Shown here one piece after another: positions 28,467 to 36,817 of a stretch of 39,823 bases of DNA; position 1 is the first letter of the stretch, and each line of letters opens with the position of its first letter. A model generated the notes under the pieces. It was not told the origin of the DNA and searched no databases. It worked only from the letters and a program-made list of their open reading frames with translations. The stretch covers positions 1 through 39,823 of IMG/VR virus record IMGVR_UViG_3300035389_000048; one strand, written 5' to 3'. A program made the position numbers and the translations under genes. The stretch is from a virus (taxonomy: Duplodnaviria > Caudoviricetes).

Positions 28467-29810
28467 ATGAATAAGAAAAAAGTACTGTTGATTTTAATAT
28501 TACTTGGTTTTGTATTACCAAGTTTCATCTTTGGGGTTAGTAGAGTAGTTCCACAAACAAAAGAAGAATTACAAACATATATATCTCAGGCTATTGAAGA
28601 AAATGGAAATAAAGTTGATTTAAATTATATTGATGTTTCTAATATTACTGATATGAGTGAGTTGTTTAGTCAATCTTATTTCTATGGAAATATTTCTTAT
28701 TGGGATGTTTCTAATGTTACCGATATGCATAAAATGTTTTTTTGTTCAAGATTCGATGGAGATATTTCTAAATGGAATGTTTCAAATGTTACCGATATGA
28801 ATAGTATGTTTTATTTTTCTTTTTTCAATGGAGATATTTCTAAATGGGATGTTTCAAATGTTACTGATATGCAAGGAATGTTTAATGAATCCCTTTTCAA
28901 TGGAGATATTTCTAAATGGGATGTTTCTAATGTTAATGATATTAGTTGGATATTTTGTGATTCTCCTTTCAATGGGGATATTTCTAAATGGGATGTTTCT
29001 AATGTTATTGATATCTCTGGGGTGTTTTGTTTAACAATATTTAATGGTGATATTTCTGATTGGGATGTTTCTCAAGTTACTAATATGCGTTATATGTTTT
29101 GGGAATCTTCTTTCAATGGAGATATTTCTAAATGGGATGTTTCTAATGTATCAGATATGAAATTATTGTTCCAAGAATCTTCTTTTAATGGAGATATTTC
29201 TGAGTGGGATGTTTCTAAAGTTACTGATATGAATAGTATGTTCGATAGCTCTGAATTTAATGGAGATATTTCTAAGTGGGATGTTTCTCAAGTTACTGAT
29301 ATGAATAGTATGTTCGATAGCTCTGAATTTAATGGAGATATTTCTAAGTGGGATGTTTCTAAAGTTACTGATATGAATAGTATGTTCTATTCCTCTGAAT
29401 TCAATGGAGATATTTCTAAATGGGATGTTTCTAAAGTTACTGATATGAGTTGTCTATTTTGTTACTCTCAAAATAATAGTGATATTTCTAAGTGGGATGT
29501 TTCTCAAGTAATTGATATGAGTTTTATGTTTGCTGCAACAATATTTAATGGTGATATTTCTGATTGGGATGTTTCTCAAGTTACTAATATGAATTTTATG
29601 TTTATGTCATCTGAATTCAATGGAGATATTTCGCGTTGGAATGTTTCAAAAGTAAATGATATGAATTCTATGTTTAATTATTCTGAATTTAATAGAAATA
29701 TTTCTCACTGGGATGTTTCTAATGTAACTGATATGAGTGATATATTTACTGATTCTGAATTTAATGGAAGTATTACTCACTGGGCTAACAAACCCGAAGA
29801 TGATAAATAG
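28467..29810 (+). CDS. Secreted DUF285/BspA-like repeat protein
   Basis: Signal peptide MNKKKVLLILILLG...; about 17 repeats of FNGDISKWDVSNVTDMxxMF (22 aa/66 bp). Confidence 0.88.
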   Translation: MNKKKVLLILILLGFVLPSFIFGVSRVVPQTKEELQTYISQAIEENGNKVDLNYIDVSNITDMSELFSQSYFYGNISYWDVSNVTDMHKMFFCSRFDGDISKWNVSNVTDMNSMFYFSFFNGDISKWDVSNVTDMQGMFNESLFNGDISKWDVSNVNDISWIFCDSPFNGDISKWDVSNVIDISGVFCLTIFNGDISDWDVSQVTNMRYMFWESSFNGDISKWDVSNVSDMKLLFQESSFNGDISEWDVSKVTDMNSMFDSSEFNGDISKWDVSQVTDMNSMFDSSEFNGDISKWDVSKVTDMNSMFYSSEFNGDISKWDVSKVTDMSCLFCYSQNNSDISKWDVSQVIDMSFMFAATIFNGDISDWDVSQVTNMNFMFMSSEFNGDISRWNVSKVNDMNSMFNYSEFNRNISHWDVSNVTDMSDIFTDSEFNGSITHWANKPEDDK

Positions 29811-29842
29811 TAAGTTATATTAAAAATACTGGAGTTTTAAAG

Positions 29843-30250
29843 ATGGATAAGAACTTTCAGTTAATTGTTTATATTAAGAAAGAATTAGAAGTAGAGATAA
29901 GAAGAGCTATTAAAGAGAATGGAAATGAAGTTGATTTAAATTATATAGATGAATCAACTATTACAGATATGAGAGGAATGTTCTCAGATACAATATTCAA
30001 TAGAGATATCTCTAAGTGGAATGTATCTTCTGTTAGAAATATGAGTGCTATGTTTATTAACTCTAAGTTTAATAGAGATATTGCCAACTGGAATGTTGCT
30101 AATGTTGAAGATATGAGTTTGATGTTTCTTAACTCTAAGTTTAATAGAGACCTTTCAAATTGGAAGGTTTCTTCTGTTAAAAATATGAACTTAATGTTTA
30201 GAAATTCTTCTTTCAAAGGTGATGTTTCAACTGGAATGTTAATGAAGTAA
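29843..30250 (+). CDS. Short DUF285 paralogue, no signal peptide
   Basis: Same ENGNxVDLNYID cap; about 4 WNVSSV.NM..MF repeats. Confidence 0.75.
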   Translation: MDKNFQLIVYIKKELEVEIRRAIKENGNEVDLNYIDESTITDMRGMFSDTIFNRDISKWNVSSVRNMSAMFINSKFNRDIANWNVANVEDMSLMFLNSKFNRDLSNWKVSSVKNMNLMFRNSSFKGDVSTGMLMK

Positions 30251-30288
30251 GTGAGTTTTAAGGTTATTATTAAATGTAGGAGAGAGAA

Positions 30289-31227
30289 ATGAAAAAACAA
30301 GAAGAAATATTAGAATTTACAAAGGAAATTCTGGCTGATATTGAATTAGATAGAATAACTGGAGAAAAAATATTATTAAAAACAAAAAGGTTATTACGTC
30401 TTAGACCAGAGAAAGATAATGATATTGAGGAATGGATTGATTATGAGTTGCGAGGATATGATAACGGTTCTATTTCTGAAGATTATATGGAACAAACGAA
30501 AAGATGGACTAATGAAGAACACTCAAGTGGATATTTTGAATCATTAGTACAAATTGAAACATTGATAAAAGTAAATGAAAAAAAACTTTTATGTTATAGA
30601 ACTACAGATTCAAGTGGTAATGATGCAATTTTAGTTAATTATGGTGTTACTAATAGCATTAACAAAATAGGAATAATAATTTCACATTTATCTGGTATTA
30701 AAGGTAGTGTTTTTTCTATTCTTCATGATTATATTACTGACGTTTACTATTCTATTACTTATGAAAAGGTTATCGACTCTATTTTTGAAAAATATAAACA
30801 AGATATTGATAAATCAATTACCAAAGAAGCAAAGGATGTTATTGAAATGTTACCATCAGTAATGGATAGATTACAAGAAAAAGATTCAGAATCAATTAGC
30901 CAAGCTCTATCATCATGTAGAAGAATAATTGATACTTTTGCTGATTTTATTTTTCCTCCAAGTGATGAAACCATTACAATTAATGGAAATGAACTAAAAT
31001 TACAAAAGAAAAATGCTAAAAATCGAATTAATGTTTATATTGATACAAAGATTACAAGTAAAACTCGAAAAGATAGATTGCGTCAAAATTTGTCAAATTT
31101 ATATGAAAGAGTTTGTAATGGTATTCATTCTGATGTAACTTTTGAAGAAGCAAAAGCTTTAATTTTTAATACGTATTTATTAATGGGAGAGGTTTTAAAC
31201 TTAGAGGATGGAGTAACATCAAATTAA
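30289..31227 (+). CDS. AbiTii-like N-terminal domain + helical HEPN-like C-terminus; putative anti-phage protein
   Basis: ILLKTKRLLRL...EEWIDYELRGY; SQALSSCRRII; NGIHSD. Confidence 0.6.
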   Translation: MKKQEEILEFTKEILADIELDRITGEKILLKTKRLLRLRPEKDNDIEEWIDYELRGYDNGSISEDYMEQTKRWTNEEHSSGYFESLVQIETLIKVNEKKLLCYRTTDSSGNDAILVNYGVTNSINKIGIIISHLSGIKGSVFSILHDYITDVYYSITYEKVIDSIFEKYKQDIDKSITKEAKDVIEMLPSVMDRLQEKDSESISQALSSCRRIIDTFADFIFPPSDETITINGNELKLQKKNAKNRINVYIDTKITSKTRKDRLRQNLSNLYERVCNGIHSDVTFEEAKALIFNTYLLMGEVLNLEDGVTSN

Positions 31228-31268
31228 GTGAGTTGTAAATTTAACTTATAAAATTTAGGAAAGCAAAA

Positions 31269-31982
31269 ATGAAAAATATTATTATTAAAATGAAACCCAT
31301 TATGAAGAAGATTATATTATTTGTTACATGGATTATTATAGCAGTAGCAATTTTGTTATTAATAATAATTATTAGAATTAATCTTGAAAAGGTGGTTCTA
31401 AAATATCCAATCATAATAAAATACGGAAGTTATGTATCTGGACTTATTCCATTTTTTACTTCAGTTGGAGGCTGTTTTTTATTCTTTTTTACTTATTCCC
31501 AATTTAAAAAATTTAACAAAGAATATAAAATAAGAAACCAACCAAAAGTTATACCTTATATTGATGTTGTTAAAGATGGTAATGGTTCTATTGTTTTATT
31601 AAAATTTAATAATGCTTCAGATATTGTTGCTAAAAATATAAAAATAACTTTTGATGAAGAATGGTTAAATTCGTTAAGCAAACTTGGAGAATCGGAAGAA
31701 AAAAGTGCTAATATATTTCGAAAATTAGGAACATATAAAAATTTTTATATTACAAATAAACAAGACCCTCTTTTTATTATTGGTTTGTTAGATTCATGTT
31801 TAAAAATTTCTTCTATTCCAATTATAATTACTATCACTTATTCTGATGAAAAAAGAAAACCTGAAACGTTTACAATGGCTATAAGTAATATTGAAAATAT
31901 TTCTCAAGATATAATACTTGAAAATTCTAAAATATTTGAATTACATAGAATAGCTAATAATTTAGAGAAATTAACTCTTTGA
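31269..31982 (+). CDS. Membrane-anchored hypothetical protein (moron)
   Basis: Two N-terminal TM segments, then QPKVIPYI beta-rich domain. Confidence 0.65.
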   Translation: MKNIIIKMKPIMKKIILFVTWIIIAVAILLLIIIIRINLEKVVLKYPIIIKYGSYVSGLIPFFTSVGGCFLFFFTYSQFKKFNKEYKIRNQPKVIPYIDVVKDGNGSIVLLKFNNASDIVAKNIKITFDEEWLNSLSKLGESEEKSANIFRKLGTYKNFYITNKQDPLFIIGLLDSCLKISSIPIIITITYSDEKRKPETFTMAISNIENISQDIILENSKIFELHRIANNLEKLTL

Positions 31983-32002
31983 AGATTAAAAAAATAACCA
32001 AC

Positions 32003-32036
32003 AAAAAGCACACCCTCTTGGATGTGCTAACTTTTT
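32003..32036. terminator. Terminator between convergent units
   Basis: AAAAAGCACA-CC..GG-ATGTGCT...TTTTT. Confidence 0.55.
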
Positions 32037-32110
32037 ACTTACCTTTTGTTCTATCTTTTAGTTTATCTATTAGAGTTTCTAAGTGAACATCCGTATTAAC
32101 GTTTTTACTT

Positions 32111-32707
32111 TTAATATTCTACCTCCTCTCTTAAAATGTCTTCCATTAACTCAAAGCATTCACAGAAACAATCTTTGGTTTTCCTTTTATTAATCTTGTA
32201 TAAATACTTCTTGTAATATTTACCACACTCTAAGCAATCTATAATGTAACCAACTAATTGTTCTTCCTCTTCTTCATCAAGTTCATTGTCTGTAATGTAA
32301 TTATCTATGATTTGATAGATACATTCAAAAGTATTTTCTGTTTCAACTCTATCTAAGACTTTATCCTCTATTGAATACTTAATAGAATTTACTGGCTTGA
32401 ATACCAACCCTTTTGGGTTTAAATATTCTTCATCAGATAGTAATTTTGTATATTTCTTCTTCGGTTTCTGTGAGTAATACAATGCTTGTTTTAAATAACC
32501 AGAAGGATATTTAATTAGTGTTGGATTTTCTTCTGACATTAATCTCATAATATAACTACTAACAATATCTTCTAAATCTTCTAACTCTCCATAACCATTT
32601 TTCTTAATAGAATACTTTCCTAAGTTCATTAAGTTTGTATATAATTCAGAAAGTATTTTTTCATCTCTTGTCTTTAAGTATTCTTCTTGTAATCGTTTTA
32701 TCTTAAT
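32111..32707 (-). CDS. Sigma-factor-like protein, probable ATT start
   Basis: Frame extends 26 codons upstream of annotated ATG to ATT after GGAAGGA; RLQEEYLKTRDEKILSELY...EDLEDIVS..IMRL...SGYL resembles sigma70 regions 1.2/2. Confidence 0.55.
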   Translation of the reverse strand: MKIKRLQEEYLKTRDEKILSELYTNLMNLGKYSIKKNGYGELEDLEDIVSSYIMRLMSEENPTLIKYPSGYLKQALYYSQKPKKKYTKLLSDEEYLNPKGLVFKPVNSIKYSIEDKVLDRVETENTFECIYQIIDNYITDNELDEEEEEQLVGYIIDCLECGKYYKKYLYKINKRKTKDCFCECFELMEDILREEVEY

Positions 32708-32719
32708 GTTGTTCCTTCC

Positions 32720-32917
32720 TTAAAGAATTATTATTAAAGCCATTAAACCAATAATAATTATGGGTGTAAAAATTACTATATTAATTGCTACATTAGTAAT
32801 TTTTCTCATTTCTTTTTCAGTTAGTGAATTGTATTCTTCACTTTGTATTTTCCCATCTTTTGCAAGATTAGTTTCTTCTAAAATTTCTGTTATTGCTCTT
32901 TCTCTTCTTTTTGTCAT
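32720..32917 (-). CDS. Small protein with C-terminal TM
   Basis: 65 aa, AAGGAG RBS. Confidence 0.6.
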   Translation of the reverse strand: MTKRRERAITEILEETNLAKDGKIQSEEYNSLTEKEMRKITNVAINIVIFTPIIIIGLMALIIIL

Positions 32918-32930
32918 ATTTTATTTCTCC

Positions 32931-33086
32931 TTATATATTTCTATTAAAACTCTCTAATATATCTTTGTAATAACCTTCTTCTGTAAAAGGTTCTGCTTTT
33001 ATTGGTGGCTGAGATTTTATTTTCTCAGCTTCCAATTCCATTCCAAGTTTGTTTAATTGTCTTTGTGATTCAGTTGTATTAATCAT
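32931..33086 (-). CDS. 51-aa hypothetical protein (not in ORF track)
   Basis: MINTTESQRQLNKLGMELEAEKIK...; fills gap exactly between neighbours. Confidence 0.55.
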   Translation of the reverse strand: MINTTESQRQLNKLGMELEAEKIKSQPPIKAEPFTEEGYYKDILESFNRNI

Positions 33087-33087
33087 C

Positions 33088-33717
33088 TTATTTGTAGTTC
33101 CTTTCACTTAGTTCTAAGTCTGCGAACTTGAATAAAAATCCACCAGCAGAGAATTGTTTTCCAAGAGCTGCCTGAGATACATTCTGTTTTGTTAATGAGT
33201 TTGCTCTTGCTGCTTCGCTTACTGAACAGTAAGTGTCTAATAGGATTCCGTTCTTATTAAACTTTTGAATTTCTCTACAACTTTTGATTTGTTTGTGAGT
33301 TTTAACTAATCTCTTATACCTTTTAGGTGATAGAGTTTTTCCTGTTCTATTAATTGAAATTTTCTTTTTAATTTCATCTGGAAGAACTCTGAATCTATTA
33401 GTTGTAACTCCTGTTGAACTTGAATAAGTTGCTCTGTTGTATCCGTTCTTTGGGTTTGTAGAATCTTGAGTTGAAATTAGAAATGATTCATATAATTTTG
33501 CTTGTTCTTCTGATAAGTTTTCTTTTAGAACTTCCTTCTTAAAATTATCCCAACCAAATTTAGTTATTGAATTATAGAAATGTTTGTTGTAAAAATATCC
33601 TTTTCCATTGTTCCATCTTTGTTCTGGATTTTTCTTTGTTATACCTATGTAAACTTTTCCATTTGTATTGTTAGTAATTTGATAAACCTTGTGATTGTTT
33701 TCTATTGTTTGTTCCAT
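33088..33717 (-). CDS. GIY-YIG homing-type endonuclease with NUMOD-like DNA-binding domains
   Basis: VYQITN..NGKVYIG, catalytic-type R and E, GYN; C-terminal YCSVSEAAR...FSAGGFLF. Confidence 0.88.
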   Translation of the reverse strand: MEQTIENNHKVYQITNNTNGKVYIGITKKNPEQRWNNGKGYFYNKHFYNSITKFGWDNFKKEVLKENLSEEQAKLYESFLISTQDSTNPKNGYNRATYSSSTGVTTNRFRVLPDEIKKKISINRTGKTLSPKRYKRLVKTHKQIKSCREIQKFNKNGILLDTYCSVSEAARANSLTKQNVSQAALGKQFSAGGFLFKFADLELSERNYK

Positions 33718-33922
33718 TATATTTTTCCATCCTTTTTAATTGCTTTTTAAGAAGTAAGAAGAAGAAGAAAGTCTATTAACTTTGTTAAAAAGGAGGAATA
33801 AATAAATCTTTCCTTCTCTTTGCTTACTATAATTAACTTGCTTTTTTTTTGATGAAACGAACGATTTTTGAACAAAAACAGAAAAAACTTTTCTGAGTTG
33901 TAATGTTTGTTTTTTTCTCTAC

Positions 33923-33932
33923 TAACAAGTGT
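33923..33932 (-). promoter_or_regulatory. Late motif copy 7
   Basis: ACACTTGTTA about 200 nt upstream of the GIY-YIG/sigma-like operon. Confidence 0.55.
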
Positions 33933-34224
33933 TTTACTATCTATATAAGACTTAACTTTGTTGTAGATGGAAAACTTTAATAATGAGTTTTAAGATAAAA
34001 AAAGCTCCAAGAAAATGGAGTTGAAAGTTTGTAAAAAAGCTTTGAAAATGGCTAATAGAAGCTGTTCAGAACGTTTTCTTTTTGAAGTCGAATAAGTTTA
34101 CCTTTTAGAAATTGAAGAAGTTTAAAGAGGTTTTTGAAGATTGTTTTAGTTTGTGGAATTGATTCTCTTAATTCTTTCCGAAGGAAACCTAAGATTGTAC
34201 TCAATCTTATTTGGAAGAATAGAA

Positions 34225-34645
34225 TAGTGAGCGAAGCGAGTTATTCGTATTCGACAAAGAGTGAGCGAAGCGAACGAATGAATACCAATATTTCAACTTG
34301 GTTCTTTAATGGAATTTCTTACAGTAATGGTTTAAATAAAATTTAGACATAGTTATAGCTTAAAAATATTAGAGAAAAAGGACAATTAATTAATTCCTTA
34401 AAATCGAATATTTAATAATTCAATTCAAAGTAATTATCTATAATATAAAATACTTTAATAAGATAAAACAATTTAATGAGAATCATTTATTTAATAAATT
34501 CAATTATATTTTGTTCCTTACGAAATCTTTTTCGTTTCACTCAAAAGAATTTCTAGAACAAAATCACTCGTTTCACTCGTGAGTTTCGCTTCGCTGTTAA
34601 GAGAAGACTCTTAATTGTTCTTATTGTTCTTATTGTTCTTAATAA
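34225..34645. other. Candidate replication origin
   Basis: GCGAAGC x2 on +, GTGAAAC x2 and GCGAAGC on -, flanking AT-rich core; three ATTGTTCTT tandem repeats. Confidence 0.5.
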
Positions 34646-35009
34646 CATTTTGTAATGACTTTAAGTTCATTCAATTCTTCATTTCACTACATTCATTAAT
34701 GCAAATTTTTGTGCTAATTCGGATACATTTTTTGCAAATTTTTATTTAAATAAAAAAAAGCTCAAAAATCATTACAATCTTTGAGCCATTCTAAATTTGG
34801 AGGAAATTTACAAGAGAAAAATTAAACACTACTTTTCCTTTTCTCTATACCTATAATGCTATGGTATGAGTTAAACGATGCACATTCTAAAAACCTTTTT
34901 CATTTATTTTTTCAAATTTCATTTTCTCAAGTCTTAAATAGATTATAGAAAATAAAAAAATGAACTTATTTCTGTTTGCTTGCAAAGATAAGTACATATG
35001 GAGAGAAAA

Positions 35010-35900
35010 ATGAAAACAAATACTACAATTACAATGAATGATAAATTAAAAAAAGCATTAAAGGAAAAAAGCTATACAACTTTTTATTACTTGGTAGATA
35101 AAACGGAGAGTTCTGTTATTAAAGCACATGATGAAATTTATGCTAATGGAAAGTATGAAGAAAAAGATGATATTAAAAGCAAAGTAAATCTTATTATCTG
35201 GTCTAAAATTTGTGGAGAAACTTTTGATAAAAATGATAAGATAGTTAAATGTAATAGATTCTATTCTTATGAGAACATAGAAGGCTTTGTAAAAATAACA
35301 ACATTAACTATTCTAAAGGAAGCAAGAGATAGAGCTTTCAGAAGAAAGAGTGATGGAATTGAAAAACTTGATAATGTAGAATGTTTAAGTTTAGATTTTA
35401 CTTCATCCGAAAAAAGATTATCTATTGAGGTTGAAAAAGAATATTTAGAAAAAGCTTTAAAGGAAACTGAAGGAGAAGTTAATTCTTCTAAGAAAGTTCT
35501 TCCTATTAGAGCATATGATAAAATCACCTACAAAGTTATTGGAGAATATAAAAATGCTTCACAAGCTGCAAGAGAACTTGGTCTTACAAATTCACAAGTT
35601 TCTGCTGTATTGAAACAAACAAAGAAAAGTGCAAAAGGAAATGTATTCTTATATGTAGTTCCTTCCAACCTTCAAAATGAGTTTGAAGAAAAAGAACTTG
35701 AATACAAGAGAAACAATAAGAAAGAATTTAAAGTTGTTATAAGAGCTTTTAGTAATAAAACTGGTAAACTATTAAAAGAATTTAATACTGTTTCTGAAGC
35801 TTCAACTGAATTAAAATGTGATAGATATAGAATAGCAAAAGCTCTAAAAGGTTCAATCAAAAGTACTGTTGGCTTTAAATTTGAATATTATTCAGTTTAA
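35010..35900 (+). CDS. Putative regulator: sigma-region-2-like N-terminus + two NUMOD1 HTH domains
   Basis: KDDIKSKVNLIIWSK...EGFVKI; EYKNASQAARELG and EFNTVSEASTELK repeats; GGAG RBS before 35010. Confidence 0.55.
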   Translation: MKTNTTITMNDKLKKALKEKSYTTFYYLVDKTESSVIKAHDEIYANGKYEEKDDIKSKVNLIIWSKICGETFDKNDKIVKCNRFYSYENIEGFVKITTLTILKEARDRAFRRKSDGIEKLDNVECLSLDFTSSEKRLSIEVEKEYLEKALKETEGEVNSSKKVLPIRAYDKITYKVIGEYKNASQAARELGLTNSQVSAVLKQTKKSAKGNVFLYVVPSNLQNEFEEKELEYKRNNKKEFKVVIRAFSNKTGKLLKEFNTVSEASTELKCDRYRIAKALKGSIKSTVGFKFEYYSV

Positions 35901-35939
35901 AAATTTTTCTGATTCATGAGAAGAAGACTATTTTTTGTA

Positions 35940-35988
35940 TTGACAAAATGTCAAGTTTTACTTGACATTGCAATATTAATGCTATAAT
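35940..35988 (+). promoter_or_regulatory. Consensus-like sigma70 promoter overlapped by palindromes
   Basis: TTGACA(35962-67)-15-TATAAT(35983-88) with TG extension; AATGTCAAGT-TTT-ACTTGACATT dyad. Confidence 0.6.
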
Positions 35989-36081
35989 GTTAACCATATT
36001 AATAGATAAAAACTCCATCAGCTTTCTAGTAAAAGCTAAACGGAGAAAGTAATAAATTACTTTTTTACGTTGCCTTTGCAA

Positions 36082-36222
36082 TTACAGTATTAATAATAAA
36101 ATATCTACGCCAATAGATAGTTCTTTTATCATAACTGGGTCTTGTTTAGGTAAGACGATTAAGGATAAGTACATACTAATCCTAACAACTACTAACAGAT
36201 TTTTAATGTTATTTTTTAACAT
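36082..36222 (-). CDS. 46-aa hydrophobic peptide (not in ORF track)
   Basis: MLKNNIKNLLVVVRISMYLSLIVLPKQDPVMIKELSIGVDILLLIL; AAAGGA RBS. Confidence 0.4.
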   Translation of the reverse strand: MLKNNIKNLLVVVRISMYLSLIVLPKQDPVMIKELSIGVDILLLIL

Positions 36223-36606
36223 TTTTATCCTTTTCTTTGCAATATTAACAACTCAAGTTATTTCCTCGAACAACTCGAGCAAAAGGTTATTGCAACAATT
36301 TAAATTTGTGGAACTTCCTTCTTTTCTGTAGCTCCTTTGTAATAAACTTGTCCATACTTTAACTCCTTAAATAGAACTTTCTTAATACTTGTTTTTATAA
36401 AATGTATTAATTCCTCTAATTTTTTTCAGTATACCAATAAAAAAGATATAGTGCAAGTGGTAGGTTTTCAAAAACAAACTACGCTATATGTAGTGCAGTG
36501 TAGTACAATGATGTAAAACAACCCTTAAACCCATATAACTTCTATATAAGTTATATTTCCTTACTTATGTGTTTCTATATATGATAGTTATTAAATTAAA
36601 TTCATG

Positions 36607-36647
36607 AAAAAGACCAATCTTTAATTAAAGATTGGTCTTTTTTTTTA
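36607..36647. terminator. Bidirectional terminator
   Basis: AAAAAGACCAATCTTTAATTAAAGATTGGTCTTTTT perfect palindrome. Confidence 0.85.
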
Positions 36648-36817
36648 ATTCTTATTCTTATATCCTAATTTTTAGTAGGAATATCAACTAAATTCCTAGC
36701 AAACTCTGTATTAACATATCTAGTGAAAATGTCATTATTGAGTTTTTGTATTCTATTATTATTAACTTCATTTACAAGAAATGGTAGTCTTTTTTATTTA
36801 TATACAAAATGCTAATT

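Noticed and set aside
28620-29790. CRISPR array or DGR template/variable repeats
   Set aside because: Repeats are in-frame 66-bp coding units with no unique spacers; variation is not confined to adenines; no RT or cas gene in the window
33734-33904. Possible ATT-started ~56-aa ORF behind late motif copy 7
   Set aside because: Weak RBS, low-complexity sequence, overlaps the bipartite motif; not supportable
34134-34346. 70-aa ORF in origin-like region
   Set aside because: TTG start; SERSER simply translates the GAGCGAAGCGA motif
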